64,000 bases of DNA from Paraspadella gotoi. Its lineage: Eukaryota > Animalia > Chaetognatha. The stretch's first letter is position 1. Each line of letters starts with the position of its first letter. The notes beneath the pieces were generated by a model. That model had not been told where the DNA came from, made no database searches, and worked only from the letters and a program-made list of their open reading frames with translations. This document shows positions 39,888 through 53,300 of the stretch, piece after piece. The stretch covers positions 6,294,698-6,358,697 of the forward strand of contig CM119271.1 in the NCBI GenBank assembly GCA_051294375.1. Direction: 5' to 3'. The position numbers and the translations under genes were made by a program.

Positions 39888-42800
39888 TAATTTAAGAACA
39901 TGTCAAAACATAACAGCTTGTTTTTTCATACACCGCACTCGTCGCGTCTTTAAAACGCTTTCCCTTAATTAGTCTCATTTCATTAGGTCCAATATTTTTT
40001 TTTCGTCAAAATGCTAATTTGCCCATCATATCATTGCATTCGTTATCTTATTATCTTATACAACTTTGTTTTATTTATTAATTTTAGTATTAGTATTTTA
40101 GTATTACTGTTACTGTTCACTGTTTCACAATGTTCTGATTAATGTTTTTATTCCCTTCTGCTTAAAAGAATTTTCATTATCTCCACCATTCATATATATA
40201 TATATCTCTCTCTCTCTCTCTCTCTTTACCCGATCCCTCATTCTGATAGAAAGCCACAAAGAACTGCTGCTCACCTTTTTCGCCCGATGGCGCTCGATTT
40301 CCCTATTTGTCGTAATCATTGTTTATGTCTCCCGCAGTTCACCATTATTTTCGCAAAGCCATGTCTCAATGAGAATTTTTCTGTCAGTCAGTCAGTCAGT
40401 CAAATATGCTTATTAAAGAAATATGTTTACATTTATCTCGATCAAACATTTTTTAAAAGCTTTGATACTTCAAATCGCTTTTCCCGACATTAATTACAAC
40501 TATATGGCCCTTATCTATTTTTTATTTTCCTTCATGATGTCCTCCAAATTGATTTGATAAGCTCGTTAAGAGTTGGTATTATTCGGTATTATTTTATTTT
40601 AATCACCTTTCCCGATGCATAAGCAAAAAGCCAAGGTCCATGGCCCGTAGTAGATCACGAACAACCGACTAATTTTATTCCGTCACTCCGCAATCGCGCA
40701 ATAAACAGAATCGGGCGAATCAAAAGAACGCGGTTCGTCTCAAGATCAACAGAACGAGAAGCATTGAAGGCGAGTCGCCCAATAACCGGTGGTGAGGGGG
40801 GGGGGTTAGTCAATCGGCGAATCCAGCGGAATAAGGATTCTGTTTCCAGCTTTTATGAGCAATAACGCCGGGAACCAGGTGTCCACGCTCGCTCGGTCGC
40901 CGGTCGTGGCCGGCGTCACGGCCCTGGAATCGAAGGAATCGAGGGGAGTCGAAGCGGTGGTGGCTTTAGTTTAGAGAGGAAAGATGGTGGATAAGGGGAG
41001 GCTCTACAGAGTAGTCATTTACCCTAAAGAATTATTACATACAATTGGTACATCAGAGTAGTCATTTACCTTATATAATTAGTGAATAAAATGGGTACAA
41101 ATGGTACATCAACGCAACCAAGATCGAGCCTTCTTTCTTCCCACCACTAGACTAGTAAGAGGGACGGAAGTTCTAATAATCCACCTGTGTCCGGTAATGT
41201 CGGCTCCCTTGTTCTGAATCGAGCGATTTAACGGTGATAGTTTTGTCCGGCCCATATGACTCTCTTGCCGCTTAACTTGGGACAGGCTCTTGTGGGTAGG
41301 AATTTCATCACACTTCTAAGATTATAACATAAAAAAACCCAGCAACCTTTAAATCAAAACCCTTACATACATAATATTTTAGAATACTCGCGGAGCACTC
41401 TATTAGTCACTTTTCGGTCACTTCGTCGGTCGATTGCTCATTTTTTAAGACAAATCTTAAGGAATGCTTGGGCCGCTTTCCGGAATTCCTAAAACTAAGG
41501 AATAAAAAACGGAATTTTGATGCAGTGCATGTCATAAATAGAATGGCAAAGATTTTTAGTAATGTCATATCATGTGATCAATAAGAAATATACGTGAAAA
41601 TAAACTTACTGCGGCGCAACACATTAGAATTACCGTTATTTTTTAATTTAGCCCTTTATTATTAGAATTCCTTGCCAATGAACTAAGTATAACTATAACT
41701 AAAAATAAATATTTTTAAATGTTTTTTAAAAGTCGCCAAAACCCGCGATCGGCGAAAGTAAAATTTAGCCCTATTTTTTTTACTTCGTTTAGGCTTTCGT
41801 CTCGAGAAAAAGTTTTATTGAAGCTGCAACGCGTTCCCCTTGGTCTTGGTTGTCAACAGTTGCCAGGAGTCGGCTCGTGAGGGTCCGAGGCAACTAACGC
41901 CTTTTTGTGTACATATGACCTGCACCATAGTATTTTATATGAACATTATTGACGTTATAAATGTTATTAACGAATCAAAAAAGTCGGAATTATCAATACG
42001 AGAGCACGTAACTATTTGTAAAAACTTGTACGTACACCAACACGAAATTTCGACCAAACACGTACACAGTCGAATCCAGGAGAGGCACAGCTCAATCATT
42101 TTAACTTTTAGAGGAATTGCTTTTTTTTATTCGTTTCCTCCTGATACTAAAAATTAGAAAAGAATCAGTACTGCCTTCTTGCCGATGCGAAAGCTAAGAA
42201 AAGAGCATCATGTGGTCGGTCGGCCGATGAGGATTTTCCCTCTGGTCAGTTTTTTCATCCCTTTCAAATACTGGTATTCACATACCTCTTTTACAAATTT
42301 AAATAGAAGCTACATATGCCATGTAACAAAAAAATTCTAAATTTAAATAAAAGTAGCATGTTGTATTTACATCATAGCATTTACTAGACAATACAGTATT
42401 ATACAACCACAAACATTCGTCATTTTAAAAATACAGAAAGAATTGTCAAAATCTTGGAGGCATATACGGAATCAATCACATAATTAGACATTTCCAACAA
42501 TTTCGAAATAATATAGATTCTCGAATACAAATATACCTAAAGCTGTCATTAATGAGCAAATATCCATTACTTATAATAATAAATTTCACGCATACCCCCT
42601 CAAAAAAACAAAATAATCATTGCCATTTCATTTTTAAAAGGTTAAAATGCTTGCTCTACAAAACATTCATTACGGAAAGTAACACCAAATAAATTTCGCA
42701 TTTATTACGACCGTTAAAGGTCATGAATTAAAATCCAACTCTGTTAAAACGGAAAAAATTAACATTCGAAAAAACATTGACCTTATATTCAAAAACGGTT

Positions 42801-44949
42801 CCAATAAGAACGTCAGATGAGCAACTTTCAGTCATTCTTAACTTTTAAAATGTGTACGAGCGATAATTAAGGAACAGTAATCCTCTGCTCCATAAAAATA
42901 ATAGCATTTTTAGTTTTAGTTATTTCACAATTTGGTGGCAGCATATAAACAAACAATCAAGTTCCAAAAATATAACAATAACAATTTAAATACCAACATC
43001 TTCCGCAAGTTAAGAAGAACCAAAATCACTAAGAATGCTGCTCCCGTATAAGCTTATTCATGAGGAAAAGCCTCACACTGTAAATAGCTCATTAATACTG
43101 TAAAATAAGCAACGAAACAGTGAAAAAACGATCAGATTAACGATTCATAGTCATCAAGGGTCCTCGGTTTTATCTCATGTTTAAGCTAAAATGTTTTAGT
43201 GACGGCTTGCCGTGAAAGCCCATGATTTAATAAGACACTTTTCCATCAATCTATAAAGACTCAAACAATTCATTTAATAAACAAGCCCGAACAGACTATA
43301 TGAAAAATATATATGATAAAATTATAAAAAGAAAATATATGTTAACAAATAAAAATAGAGAAAAAAAAATGTATTAAAATATGAAAAAAAAATTGAAAAA
43401 AAAATATTAAAAAAATTTGTAACGACCTGATTAAACAATTTTTTTAAAGTTGATTGTAAAATGACTGAGAAAGAATCATACAGAAAAGTAGAGAAACTCA
43501 ACCTAGGAATGGTTTTAAACAAAAATTGATAAGGAGTTTATTGTTGGACCTCGTTAACAACCGGGTATATAGCTAATTTTATACCTATATTCCGTAATCA
43601 ATATTACGTACGTTAGATTTAAGATTTTAACAATTTTGTCTCAATTGATTAGAACGACGGAAAACGAAATTAAATACATCGAAAGAGCGATTTCATGGCG
43701 GCCTATTTTGATAAAAACATTTGTTATGAATGACTAAATCATGTCGTAGATGCTGAAAAGCGATTTGAATTAATTCTAAATACTTAGAATCACTAAAACG
43801 ATAAAAAATAACTAAAAGAACTGAAATACAGAATAACGAAACGGGGGGAAGCACTGGAAATTGGAGCAAAACAACAACAGAAAATATGGCGTATTTTGGA
43901 ATTCACCTACTGAAAGAATGATAATCTAACCTCGAAATTTCAGCAATGGAACAAAAACCATGGCAGGAGCAGCATTCAAAAACAAGCACATTATCAAGTC
44001 TACTTATCTTCGTTAATAATGTATACTGAGTAAATCTAAAAATACTGATACATTTTGTTCGAGAGGCAAAGCCGAGCTTTATACCCCTTGGGCAAGCTTT
44101 CCCCACCGGGAGTACTTAACCTATTTCGACTATTTCGTCGTATTTCAACACGGAACCAAGGAATAAAAAATTAGCGAGGGGTGTCTCAAATTTGCTGCAC
44201 AGATCTCATTTTACAGAATTTAAAAGCTACGTATAATGCAAAATCGACTAAGAAATTATTCTATGTATTTAAAATATAAATATATATTCGCATAATTAAG
44301 ATTAAGAATGTTAAAAATAAGATCAATCTGAAGACGAATCTACAACTACATTTCAAGCTATTTTGGGACCTTAAAACCGTTCTAATTGAACACCAGTATA
44401 ATTATAACACCATCTTTCATTTAATTTCAAATGTTAAAAAGTTTTCGCTATGCTTCAGGTATGAAGATTTGCTTCAGGAAATATTCTAAAAAGCATTGTA
44501 AAGCCAGTTTATTCTAATTATTTTGATTACTTCAAATAATAAAAATTCTTTTTATATAATTTCAACTGAAATGAAGCATTATAACAAGTGCTATAGTTGG
44601 TATAAAAACAATTATCATATTAATCTCAATGATATTAATACAACAAAATAAATAAATAACAAGAATAACAATCCATCGAAAAGCTAATCTTAGCTTCTAA
44701 GATGAAGCTTTCTATATAAAATGTATCACTGATTTTCTTATTTACCGCACTGAGAAAAAAATTTTCGAGATGGCTTGTTCAGAACTATTAAAGAAAGAGC
44801 TATTTCAAAAGTCGCAGTATTGATGCTCTTTTCCGAATTTTATTTTTTTTTGCTTCCGTTTACACGTAACCTTTGAACAGAAAGAAGGGGAATTCGCTCG
44901 CTACCCCCTTTACTCCGATTTCCTTAAATTGCTGCTGATTGTAGCGCTT

Positions 44950-46188
44950 TCACACTCCCGGAAAACCCTGGTTGTGAACGACATCAAGGTATAATTTTTA
45001 TTTCAGTAGCCTATATAAAGTACAAAAACTGGAAAATTAAATCGAAAGATTTTGAAACCCTACCTGAATAGCCCCTACTTGGCTTGAGCAGTTGGATGAG
45101 ACATGGCAGTTGGCGCAGTCATATAACCCGCGGGTCCCCCCAAACCATTAGCGACAAGATAAGGATGAGCCTTTTAAAACAAATACATGCAAGTAAAAGA
45201 GAAAAGCGTTTAAAGGTTATTTTGAAATGACAACCGACGATGTTAAAGGTTGAACATAGTAGGAGTTGCGCCGCAGTGAACGCATTTCCAGATGATCACG
45301 TGATTACACAAGTATAAATATTACAACCAACATTTATTCCTCCCTGCCAAGAACTATAAAAAATGAATAACCTTTAGTTAAACTATGATGAATTGAATTT
45401 TAGTTACGTGATCGAATTATCCAGTGATCACTGCACCAGTATGAAACCTATGCACATTAATCACACATACCTACAGTCACGGAATCAGACAATATTTCGT
45501 GTAATATTAGGTGGTTTTTTTTATTATTTAACAGAAAAGTAATAAACTAAGATGCTTCTGGTGCATATGTAGGCATTAGGAATGTTTATCATCTGAAATT
45601 TTGAGCACAAAGTCACAGCGGCGCAACCGTTGAACTTGCCAGTTCAAAGCCTCGATACGATTTTGAATCACTTCATTTTTGCAGAGTGGAAACGAACTTA
45701 CTTGAGCTTGCGTCAGGTGAGGCTGATGGCCGTTGAGCTGAGAAACGTGTAGGTTTTGTAAAGCTGCCGCATATGCTGCTGCTGCAGCGCCGTGAGGAAG
45801 CGCTAGGCCCGGAATTTGAGATCCTGCGGCTGCTGCAGAGGCGGCATGATGATGCCAAGGAAGGCCGCCCGACGGTACGCGCCGGCTGGCAAGTGTCTGA
45901 GCGCCGCCGTTGGCAAGTATTGAAGGCCGAAGGCGCTCAGTCCCGCGCCTTGCCGTCGCACCTGTCGGGAAATAATCTTTTTTGTAATGTATATGAAGGT
46001 GATGTTTACTAAATAATACGAACTACTTACTAGTACTTAGTAATAAAGCAAGTTAAAAAATATTTTAACAAAAGACGGCACCTGGTGCAAAAGCTATCTG
46101 TCCATTCCCGTCATATAGGCACCGCCGATTTGCGGAAGCTGAAGATGTTGAACTTGTTGTACTTGTCCGTTGGAGCGTAGTAGTAGAC
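44950..46188 (-). CDS. 3' exons of a gene for a Gln/Ala/Gly-rich low-complexity protein (copy 1): exons 46188-46082, 45961-45702, 45170-45064, 44967-44950
   Basis: GT-AG introns with pyrimidine tracts (gtaagt donor at 45701, gtaggg at 45063). Exon 45961-45702 (260 nt, phase 1 to 0) is open: GATARRG...LPWHHHAASAAAAGSQIPGLALPHGAAAAAYAAALQNLHVSQLNGHQPHLTQAQ. It continues AHPYLVANGLGGPAGYMTAPTAMSHPTAQA(QVGAIQ) and GFPGV*. A 1-nt deficit in exon 45170-45064 is corrected in copy 3. Family not recognised. Confidence 0.7.
45265..45627. mobile_element. Intronic MITE-like element with 15-bp TIRs (copies 56162-56524, 63526-63891)
   Basis: GTTGCGCCGCAGTGA ... TCACAGCGGCGCAAC (one mismatch); related ends at 16093-16240 and, inverted, at 41518-41636. 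No clear TSD. Confidence 0.55.
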
Positions 46189-46375
46189 CTTAAAGCGAAT
46201 AAAAATTGAGAAATTTTGTAAGAAATTAAACCCCGGGTGGTCCAAACATAGCTAAGTGTAAAGTCAGAACGACTATCTATAACTAGATGCTGTGGCAACG
46301 GGGGGGACGTGTGTGATGCTGGCGCTCAGGGCTGTGAACCCCATGCTCTTATCTCGAGGTCAAGGGAGGTATATC

Positions 46376-46644
46376 TGTAGTCGGGCATTGCATTAGTTCA
46401 CTCCGCCTATAAGCATGATACCTTCAGTCACGACCCGGTGGCTCAATGAGTAAATCCATCAGCTCATGACAATTAGTACCAGATTCAATCCCAACCCGCT
46501 ATCTACCCTGTGGGAAGTTTGAGGACGGCCGTAAACCGTCTTGGGGGTGTGGAAAACCCTCAAGCCTGGTTTCAAGTCCAGGACCCGTTCCATGGCTGCT
46601 AGAGGGGTTAAAGAAGTGGCAGATAGCAATCTTCAGCCCACTTA
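46376..46644 (+). mobile_element. tRNA-headed SINE-like repeat (duplicate 57273-57541)
   Basis: A-box-like TGGCTCAATGAG (46439-46450) and B-box-like AGATTCAATCCC (46481-46492); diverged dispersed copies at 13094-13300 and 33911-33962. Confidence 0.6.
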
Positions 46645-47721
46645 TCGACTTTCGTCTCTTTCTCTGTTTCGCGATCATTCGGAATTCTGCGCCGAAACGG
46701 GACTTCTCCGGAATNNNNNNNNNNNNNNNNNNNNNNNNNTTTTTTTTTTTTTCCTCTCTCGACTCAATCAAGCGCACTGAACTCGCATTTCCTTCTATTT
46801 TTATTCATCGAACTCGGACTTTTTCCTCGACGCGCGACACAAATAAACAAAAGCCGCCACGACGAGAAAAAGATTCCGGCTCCAAACTAGAAAGGCATAT
46901 TTTGGTTTTCTGTTTTTGCGCGAAGCAGAAATTGGGGAGATATCGAGCGGATAATCGGGTAGGAAGAAGGTCAACGTTTCTTTTGGGCGGAGAGGGAAAG
47001 AGAGAAGCGCATATATATAATCCGATTTGCCTGTGGAAACTTAAATAATAATATGGAGTCTGCGATATTAACCGTTCTATGTTTTTTTTCTGTAATATCC
47101 AAACTTCGAAAGCTCATCTATTATTACCCACCTCTTTATCATTTCGTATCTCGTCGTCTGCGTAAGGATGCTAGAAGCGCAGAGCTGCTTCTTCCGCTCG
47201 CAGTATCAGGTTCGTTCATCATCAGATTCCATCTTTTCACGTGATAACCCTCAGGCAAACCATAACAACGACTTATTGTTCACTCTCACTATAAAGCCAC
47301 ACATCGCTATTCCCTTGTACTACAAGTTGTAGATCTATTGCCGCCAAACTGAGGTTTCCACGTTACATGGTATCCGTATACTTTAAGATTTTCTTTATTG
47401 GTTTTTAAAAGTTTGGTTCTGGTCGAATTTTGGTTCTGGTCGAATTTCCTCTTTTCAAGAATCTTTTTTGAACAAAATTACGCTAGTTTTCAGAATGTTT
47501 TTTTTTTTTNNNNNNNNNNNNNNNNNNNNNNNNNNNNNNNNNNNNNNNNNNNNNNNNNNNNNNNNNNNNNNNNNNNNNNNNNNNNNNNNNNNNNNNNNNN
47601 NNNNNNNNNNNNNNNNNNNNNNNNNNNNNNNNNNNNNNNNNNNNNNNNNNNNNNNNNNNNNNNNNNNNNNNNNNNNNNNNNNNNNNNNNNNNNNNNNNNN
47701 NNNNNNNNNNNNNNNNNNNNN

Positions 47722-48128
47722 AGAGTGAGCGTGAGAAAGATGAAAAGCGAGAGATTCTCCTCACATTAATTGAGAATAAGTGAGTATTGAAAGACAGAGT
47801 GAGCGAGAGAAAGATGAAAAGCGAGAGATTCTCCTTACATTAACTGAGAGTGAGTGAGAATCGAAAGACAGAGTGAGCGTGAGAAAGATGAAAAGCGAGA
47901 GATTCTCCTTACATTAATTGAGAATAAGTGAGTATCGAAAGACAGAGTGAGCGTGAGAAAGATGAAAAGCGAGAGATTCTCCTTACATTAACTGAGAGTG
48001 AGTGAGTATCGAAAGACAGAGTGAGCGTGAGAAAGATGAAAAGCGAGAGATTCTCCTTACATTAACTGAGAGTGAGTGAGTATCGAAAGTGAGCGTGAGA
48101 AAGATGAAAAGCGAGAGATTCTCCTTAC
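47722..48128 (+). repeat. 74-bp minisatellite, at least 5.5 units
   Basis: Unit AGAGTGAGCGTGAGAAAGATGAAAAGCGAGAGATTCTCCTTACATTAACTGAGAGTGAGTGAGTATCGAAAGAC; only about one unit at the equivalent position 37244-37315. Confidence 0.9.
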
Positions 48129-50242
48129 AATTTGTGTCATTTTTTATTCCTCCTTCAGGTGGAGACGTTGATTTGAATGGAGGCGGGATTCGTTATCACT
48201 TTGTCGTCGTCGTCAAGAAACCGGGACACGCCTACTTTTTCATNNNNNNNNNNNNNNNNNNNNNNNNNNNNNNNNNNNNNNNNNNNNNNNNNNNNNNNNN
48301 NNNNNNNNNNNNNNNNNNNNNNNNNNNNNNNNNNNNNNNNNNNNNNNNNNNNNNNNNNNNNNNNNNNNNNNNNNNNNNNNNNNNNNNNNNNNNNNNNNNN
48401 NNNNNNAGAGAGAGAGAGAGAGAGGAAAACCGTCACAATCTTTTCCTCTTTTCTTTTTTTAACCTCGATTTAGAAACTTGGTAATGGAAGGAAAGTGATT
48501 GGTTAAAAGAAGGGGGTACAGTGGGTACTGGATAGGGATAAAAAAGACTTTTTTTATCAGCGGATCCCGATTCTATAATTCACTTTGTCGGTCCGTCGGT
48601 CCGCCCCCTCAATATTGTCGGGCACACACTTATATCATGTCAGAACATCGAATTATGATAAATTATGCAAAAAAAAGATGTATGTACGTCCGTCTGTCTC
48701 TCTATCTGTCTTTCTGTCCGTCCGTCCGTCCGTCCGTCCGTCCGTCCGTCCGTCCGAGCGTCCGTCCGTCCGTCCTTCCGTCCGTCCGTCCGTCCCACCT
48801 TAAGAAAAAACACCAATTAATCGTGATTGGATGGATGGATTTAAATGAAATTTTGTATGTGGGTAGGGAAGTGTGTGATTGAAAATGGAAATGGAAATGA
48901 GTTTAAATGGAAAAAATTAAAAAATATATTTCACTATTTGAACACCAATTGCTCATGAGTGGATGGGGCGATTGACCTTGAATTTTGTATGTGGGTAGGT
49001 AAGTGTGTGATTAAGCTGGAAATCAAGTTTCGATGGAATCGTTTTAGTGGAAATGAGTTTAAATGGAGACAACAAAAAACATGTTTCACTAATTGATTAT
49101 GCTTCTTTTTCCTTTTATATTAAATGTAAATGCAGGATGTATTAATTAATCAAATAATTAATCAATTAGGAAATTAATTAATCAATAATTAATTAATAAG
49201 TCAATCAATCAAGTCAATCGTTATCGGCAGTATTCTCATCGTCGTCATTGCTTTTGTCGTGGTTAGTGACGAAAAGACCTAAAAACAAACATTTGGGATT
49301 AATTAATTAATTAATTACCTAATTAATTAATTAATTAATTAACTTGAATAATTTAAATATTAATTAATTAATTACCGATAATGATCGTGTACAGATCCGA
49401 CATTGTTTGCTCAAACTTGTTAAGGGGGAAATTTAATTGATTTTTAAAGTCAGTTTGTAAAAAATGAAATTTGAAAGTCGGACGGAAATATGAAATTGAG
49501 TGAAGGGATTTACAATAATTAAAATGAAAATTATATCAATTAAAATTATTAATGATATAATTATTATCAATATACCTATTATTATTTTTAAAATAACGAG
49601 ACTGTGAGAGAGTCTTGATTGAAAGCTGCATGCAGGGATCTGCAATGTCATTATCTTGTAAGATCGATGGGGGCCTTAAACCACAATAAATAGATACTTC
49701 TAAATTGGTTGTATCAATTTCATTAAAATTTATCATATTGTATAAATTACAATTACAATTACAATTTGGGAATTGACGATTGATGAAGGAAAAGATAATG
49801 AAGCGTGTAATTCCTCTTTAACAAACGATAAATGAAAACAATATGTATACAAAGTAAAATTATGTTTTAAATTAATACTACTTTAATCAGAAGTATTTCC
49901 ACGTAACGTTTCAATTAAGCTAAAATAAAAAGATCTTTCGGCTCGAAACGAAGCCTCGCATCCAATCGATGAAAATGACGCCCGGGGAAAAAAATCAGAC
50001 GTTTTAAATTCCGAAATTCCTTCAGGATTTTTCTCTCCTCATTTTTTTTATTACTTTTCAAAAAGATCAATTTTATTCTCCCTCCATTTCTTTCGAATCG
50101 CACATCACAATTCTGTGACAGGCGACGTGAATAGAAATTCTCAATTTTCCACATTTTTTCACATTTTTTCACATTCGCGGTTTCGGATAATTTTCATTTC
50201 CCCGGTGACGTCATCACGTCTGCGAAAAAAAAGTCCTATATT

Positions 50243-50327
<85 letters not shown>

Positions 50328-53300
50328 TTCTATTCTATTTCCGTTTCCTCTCATCAATTCTATTTTAGTTTAGTTTTTATTTTTTAAAGTAGTATCAGGT
50401 TCTGTAAAGCAATTTCCTTCTTCTTGAACTTCAGCGTTTTTTTTGTAATTTTATTTTATTGGAAACTGAGAAGTGATTTTCTCTCCTTCACTTTCTATGT
50501 CTACTGTGATGTTTTTCTTTTTTATGTAATAATAATTAAGTAACTTAAAGAGTTAAGTAAAGGAAATCTATTTTTCGTTCGTCTAAGCAAGTCGTGATGT
50601 CCCAGCGAAGGCCGAGTCTCTAAGGATCCATCGTCTTTATTCCCCTCATAAACAAAAGTGCAATGAACTTTGGTGGCGGGCGCCGGCGGAAACTAGGAAG
50701 ACGCGTCTAACTCTAAGAGCGACTACTACGTACAACAAATCCTGGCGGGAAAATGCCTCCGCTGAATACCATTATACGTATTAGTAATTTAAGAACATGT
50801 CAAAACATAACAGCTTGTTTTTTCATACACCGCACTCGTCGCGTCTTTAAAACGCTTTCCCTTAATTAGTCTCATTTCATTAGGTCCAATATTTTTTTTT
50901 CGTCAAAATGCTAATTTGCCCATCATATCATTGCATTCGTTATCTTATTATCTTATACAACTTTGTTTTATTTATTAATTTTAGTATTAGTATTTTAGTA
51001 TTACTGTTACTGTTCACTGTTTCACAATGTTCTGATTAATGTTTTTATTCCCTTCTGCTTAAAAGAATTTTCATTATCTCCACCATTCATATATATATAT
51101 ATCTCTCTCTCTCTCTCTCTCTTTACCCGATCCCTCATTCTGATAGAAAGCCACAAAGAACTGCTGCTCACCTTTTTCGCCCGATGGCGCTCGATTTCCC
51201 TATTTGTCGTAATCATTGTTTATGTCTCCCGCAGTTCACCATTATTTTCGCAAAGCCATGTCTCAATGAGAATTTTTCTGTCAGTCAGTCAGTCAGTCAA
51301 ATATGCTTATTAAAGAAATATGTTTACATTTATCTCGATCAAACATTTTTTAAAAGCTTTGATACTTCAAATCGCTTTTCCCGACATTAATTACAACTAT
51401 ATGGCCCTTATCTATTTTTTATTTTCCTTCATGATGTCCTCCAAATTGATTTGATAAGCTCGTTAAGAGTTGGTATTATTCGGTATTATTTTATTTTAAT
51501 CACCTTTCCCGATGCATAAGCAAAAAGCCAAGGTCCATGGCCCGTAGTAGATCACGAACAACCGACTAATTTTATTCCGTCACTCCGCAATCGCGCAATA
51601 AACAGAATCGGGCGAATCAAAAGAACGCGGTTCGTCTCAAGATCAACAGAACGAGAAGCATTGAAGGCGAGTCGCCCAATAACCGGTGGTGAGGGGGGGG
51701 GGTTAGTCAATCGGCGAATCCAGCGGAATAAGGATTCTGTTTCCAGCTTTTATGAGCAATAACGCCGGGAACCAGGTGTCCACGCTCGCTCGGTCGCCGG
51801 TCGTGGCCGGCGTCACGGCCCTGGAATCGAAGGAATCGAGGGGAGTCGAAGCGGTGGTGGCTTTAGTTTAGAGAGGAAAGATGGTGGATAAGGGGAGGCT
51901 CTACAGAGTAGTCATTTACCCTAAAGAATTATTACATACAATTGGTACATCAGAGTAGTCATTTACCTTATATAATTAGTGAATAAAATGGGTACAAATG
52001 GTACATCAACGCAACCAAGATCGAGCCTTCTTTCTTCCCACCACTAGACTAGTAAGAGGGACGGAAGTTCTAATAATCCACCTGTGTCCGGTAATGTCGG
52101 CTCCCTTGTTCTGAATCGAGCGATTTAACGGTGATAGTTTTGTCCGGCCCATATGACTCTCTTGCCGCTTAACTTGGGACAGGCTCTTGTGGGTAGGAAT
52201 TTCATCACACTTCTAAGATTATAACATAAAAAAACCCAGCAACCTTTAAATCAAAACCCTTACATACATAATATTTTAGAATACTCGCGGAGCACTCTAT
52301 TAGTCACTTTTCGGTCACTTCGTCGGTCGATTGCTCATTTTTTAAGACAAATCTTAAGGAATGCTTGGGCCGCTTTCCGGAATTCCTAAAACTAAGGAAT
52401 AAAAAACGGAATTTTGATGCAGTGCATGTCATAAATAGAATGGCAAAGATTTTTAGTAATGTCATATCATGTGATCAATAAGAAATATACGTGAAAATAA
52501 ACTTACTGCGGCGCAACACATTAGAATTACCGTTATTTTTTAATTTAGCCCTTTATTATTAGAATTCCTTGCCAATGAACTAAGTATAACTATAACTAAA
52601 AATAAATATTTTTAAATGTTTTTTAAAAGTCGCCAAAACCCGCGATCGGCGAAAGTAAAATTTAGCCCTATTTTTTTTACTTCGTTTAGGCTTTCGTCTC
52701 GAGAAAAAGTTTTATTGAAGCTGCAACGCGTTCCCCTTGGTCTTGGTTGTCAACAGTTGCCAGGAGTCGGCTCGTGAGGGTCCGAGGCAACTAACGCCTT
52801 TTTGTGTACATATGACCTGCACCATAGTATTTTATATGAACATTATTGACGTTATAAATGTTATTAACGAATCAAAAAAGTCGGAATTATCAATACGAGA
52901 GCACGTAACTATTTGTAAAAACTTGTACGTACACCAACACGAAATTTCGACCAAACACGTACACAGTCGAATCCAGGAGAGGCACAGCTCAATCATTTTA
53001 ACTTTTAGAGGAATTGCTTTTTTTTATTCGTTTCCTCCTGATACTAAAAATTAGAAAAGAATCAGTACTGCCTTCTTGCCGATGCGAAAGCTAAGAAAAG
53101 AGCATCATGTGGTCGGTCGGCCGATGAGGATTTTCCCTCTGGTCAGTTTTTTCATCCCTTTCAAATACTGGTATTCACATACCTCTTTTACAAATTTAAA
53201 TAGAAGCTACATATGCCATGTAACAAAAAAATTCTAAATTTAAATAAAAGTAGCATGTTGTATTTACATCATAGCATTTACTAGACAATACAGTATTATA

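Noticed and set aside
42180-42250. Hammerhead ribozyme
   Set aside because: The core reads CCGATGAG rather than CTGATGA, and the required stems around GAAA were not found.
45673-46012. Track ORFs 45773-46012(+) and 45673-45858(-)
   Set aside because: Shadow frames of the spliced minus-strand exon 45961-45702.
46432-46500. Functional tRNA gene
   Set aside because: Degenerate B box, no convincing cloverleaf, and embedded in a dispersed repeat.
47722-48128. CRISPR-like array
   Set aside because: Units are contiguous near-identical 74-mers with no unique spacers, no cas genes and a eukaryotic context.
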